Shown: piece after piece, positions 61,103 through 64,000 of the stretch
Layout of the letters: each line of letters opens with the position of its first letter
Numbering within the stretch: position 1 is the first letter of the stretch
Assembly: GCA_026936335.1 (NCBI GenBank)
Contig: JAPMXV010000034.1
Span: 496,001 to 560,000, forward strand
Length of the DNA: 64,000 nucleotides
Direction: 5' to 3'
Source: Mantamonas sphyraenae STR306
Taxonomy: Eukaryota > Protista > CRuMs
The notes under the pieces: model-generated
Told to the model about the DNA's origin: nothing
Databases searched by the model: none
Seen by the model: the letters and a program-made list of their open reading frames with translations, nothing else
Made by a program: the position numbers and the translations under genes

Positions 61103-61653
61103 ATGGACATTGACGAACAAAGCGAGGAAGCAATTGACACAGCCTCGTCGGCCTTGTCCGACGAGGCCTTTACAGGCGACGAGCGTGAGATTGTCCGCTG
61201 GATTGCCGAGCACCAGGCACGCTACAACGAACTCCACCTTCTCATTGACAAGGAAATGGATCTCCATCAGCAGTTGCGTGCCGATCTGGACCAAGTGCGA
61301 CAGGTCATCATCCAGGTTCAAGAACAGGCAGAAGCTGTGCGCGAGTTGAGTTGGGCTTTGCGATAGTTCCACCTGTTCCACATAGACCTGTAGGCTACTC
61401 ACACCACTCCACTGTTTTCAGGCAACAGGCTTTGAATGTTGGTGAAATAGACTCACTGCGACTCAAACTCGCCCGACAACGGTGTGTTGTGTGTCCTACG
61501 GTGGATCCAGGGTGAGCGAAGCCTGTACATTTCCTGACACGTTTGTAACCCCCCGGCAGCCATTTGAAGCAAACTCTGCAGGAACAGATCGAGAACGAGC
61601 ACAAGGCACAAGTGGAAAAATTGGCTTCCATGGCCGACACCATGGACACCTGA
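61103..61653 (+). CDS. Small coiled-coil hypothetical protein
   Basis: MDIDEQSEE...LRADLDQVRQVIIQVQEQAE. Two probable introns extend it to ...LASMADTMDT-stop; the first donor (GTTGAG) is atypical. Confidence 0.55.
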
Positions 61654-61665
61654 TTGCAGTGCTTT

Positions 61666-62877
61666 TCAATCTGCCTTTTTCTTGGCCGCCTGCTTCTTCT
61701 TCCAGCTGTTGCGGATGCAGCGGTGGTAATAAAACTTGTGCTTGCCCTGTGCCTCGTTGGTGGGCAGCTCCAGCTTGTCGGCTACCAACTGGCGCACGTT
61801 TGTTGCGTACAGCACAGGATCCTCCTTCTCCTCGTCACTTGGACGGTACAGAGGCATGTAGTGTACCTCGACGCGGTTGTACACCTGGCACAGCATGCGA
61901 TACACGTGATGATGGACCAAGATGGTCTCCCAGGCCGGGTTAAAGTGTGCGTGTGGATACCGAATGCCACACGGCAGCACAGGCATCCCACCCACAAACG
62001 CACCCGTGCGCCACTGGATGAGGCTCTGGCCGTTGGATGTGGTGCCCTCTGGAAACAGGATCAGGGGCGGAAACGGCCTCTCGGCGTGTCGTCGCTCCAC
62101 AATCTGTGCCGTCAGGCCCGAACCCTTTGTCAGCTCAGCTATCTGCTTAGCCGTATACTCAGACGGGTCGTACTCCTCTGCCCGGGGCCGTGTAAACAGA
62201 CACTGGATCGCTTTGGACACCGTGCCGATCACCGGCACGTTTTGAGTGCCGTCCCGTGCCACGAAACTCGTGAACAGCGTGCTCATCATCACCAGAATGT
62301 CCAGATACGACACATGGTTGGCCACCACTGCCGCTTCAGGCACCTCATCCAATTCAGCCTGTGCACAACGTCCGTGCAGGAACCGGGACCGGTGGAACGC
62401 GTGTCAGCTGGGTGAGTCGGAAGCACATCACACAGAACCCACACACACAGCCAGCAAAAGACTCACCTTGGCTTCCACGCCATACTCTTCAATCCAAACA
62501 AAGCCCATGCAAAAGAGGATGCCTCGACAAACGATGTTGCTGACCACAGCCCGAATAAGCCAGAAGCGTGTCTTGTCCAGTGGCGTGCCGTCGTCACTCC
62601 TACCCACCATGACCAGCTTGGTCCACACGTACGCCAATCCCAGCAAGAGCAACACACCCAATACGCGCACCAGGGCCACCGGGGCCATCACCACCAGCTG
62701 CCACGACAAACACGCGGGAACGGCGTCGTCAGCAGCAGTTCAAGAACGGAAGGCCGCCTACCACCCTCACCTCACCTTGATCGTTTCATACCACCCAAAC
62801 GGCCAATCAGTGCGTTTGAAAGGTGCCACGAGCTCGTCCGCAAGGCGCTCGTCCACCTGATCCGATGATGCGGCCAT
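61666..62877 (-). CDS. Lysophospholipid acyltransferase (LPCAT/LPEAT, PlsC family)
   Basis: NHVSYLD, FPEGTTSNG, GAFVGGMPVLP and YATNVRQ; two introns. Confidence 0.92.
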
Positions 62878-62967
62878 CGATCGGTCTGGATTGGGCTGGC
62901 CATCGCACAATCCAGCAATGTACGTATTGGTTCATTCTCCATCATTCCAACACCCTCCTGCTCCTCC

Positions 62968-64000
62968 CTACAGCGTCCCTTCGGCCCTTAATTCATCGCA
63001 GATGCGACTGGAGACATACCAGCCGCTGATCATGGCCGCAACAATGCCTCGGAAGCGACCAGCCATGTCACCAGGCATCCACACATCCATGCCCGGCACG
63101 TGTGTGTCCAATTTGAGGTGTTCGTCCACATTGGGATACCATCCCACCCCCTCGATGGTTGGCCCGACTGCACGCACCGTCTTGCTCTCCCGAAGCACCG
63201 GAAACTCCTCTGCCAAGGCACTGATGCCCTTGTACATCTCTCGCCTGAGAAGGGGTCCCACAGCCGCATCCATGCGTCCCACCGTCTCTTCGTCACCGTC
63301 AAACAGCTTGTGCAGTGGCAACTCAAAGTACACGTCCTCGTCCTGGCAGGCTGTAAACAGATGATCCATGGCCTTCTTGGCCAACGATCGGTCCATGACC
63401 CGTGTGTTGAACCCAATGTTGCTGATGCCCGTCGAGGGACAGTCCGAACGTCCGCTCACCGTCCACAACCCGTTGGTGCGTGTCAACACCGTCTCCCCGT
63501 TGCGGCACGCACAAAACGTGCGCCACTCCGTCTCTCCGTCCTCTTCGTACAACCTCAGCTTCGGGTCCAGTTGTTTAAAGTCCACAAAGAACGCTTGATC
63601 TGTGTCGTCCTCGATTCGAAACCCGATTTCCAGTCGTCGAAAGTGACTGTCCACGTCGATGATGGCTCCACCCTGGCCATTGGTCCCCTCAACGGCCCAA
63701 TCTTCTCCTTCTTCACCACTTGTCTCTTCAATGTCAAACTGCAGCGGACCAAAGCGACCCGTCGCCACAATCAGCTTGTCGCACGTCACCATCACAGGAT
63801 CTGACTCATCATCCTTGACTGTGGTGTGTGTGTGTGTGAGTGTGTGAGTGTGTGAGTGTGTGAGCATTCCTCAACATTCGCTCAACCATTGGGGTGCCAA
63901 CAACTCACCGATCCACAGAGTAAACCGGCCTGTGTCCTTGTTAAACGCATACTTGTCCACTGTGCTGCATGTCCACAGGGAGCCATGCTTGGGTGCACTC
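62968..64000 (-). CDS. FAD-dependent oxidoreductase (COG2509-like), 5' partial
   Basis: LIVATGRFG, EIGFRIE, DPKL, RTFCAC..G, SNIGF and GDMAG.FRGIVAAMISG; intron at ~63818-63909. Confidence 0.75.

Noticed and set aside
1-64000. Long antisense ORFs (e.g. 3462-5615, 12007-14355, 21569-23701, 35180-37252, 39668-41788)
   Set aside because: Shadow ORFs of GC-rich genes on the opposite strand, with no motifs.
1-64000. Alternative genetic code or selenocysteine readthrough
   Set aside because: TAA, TAG and TGA all end conserved genes, and the internal stops are explained by introns or single indels.
1-64000. CRISPR arrays, transposons, tRNA or rRNA genes
   Set aside because: None recognised; the repeats are simple microsatellites or short tandem repeats.

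Overview
Gene-dense eukaryotic nuclear DNA (GC-rich, standard genetic code, GT-AG introns mostly 75-190 nt, often with CA/GT microsatellites). It most likely comes from a non-opisthokont protist, since it encodes the TSET subunit TSPOON. I model 27 protein-coding genes by eye, mostly 4-240 bp apart, with one pair overlapping. In order: FAM91A1 (partial), a rubrerythrin-associated Fe-S oxidoreductase (RFO) with a mitochondrial-type presequence, ODR4, a SPATA22/RPA2-like OB-fold protein, glucosidase II alpha, VPS25, a tandem-kinase-RasGEF, a MYND-finger protein, MICU, TSPOON, an MDH1B/PPIL6-N-domain plus RPEL fusion, DRP1, an MTA9/AMT6-7-type MT-A70 protein, dephospho-CoA kinase, EIPR1, RPL37A, TBC1D15, a PH plus 6xC2 protein, PDRG1, a bacterial long-form GAPDH with a candidate N-terminal membrane anchor, spatacsin, NMNAT, LPCAT and a partial FAD oxidoreductase. 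Several orphans are interspersed. A box C/D snoRNA lies inside an apparent non-coding (3'-UTR) intron near 60.0-60.1 kb. Four single frameshifts interrupt otherwise intact genes and are most likely assembly indels. All family assignments come from recalled motifs, not database searches.
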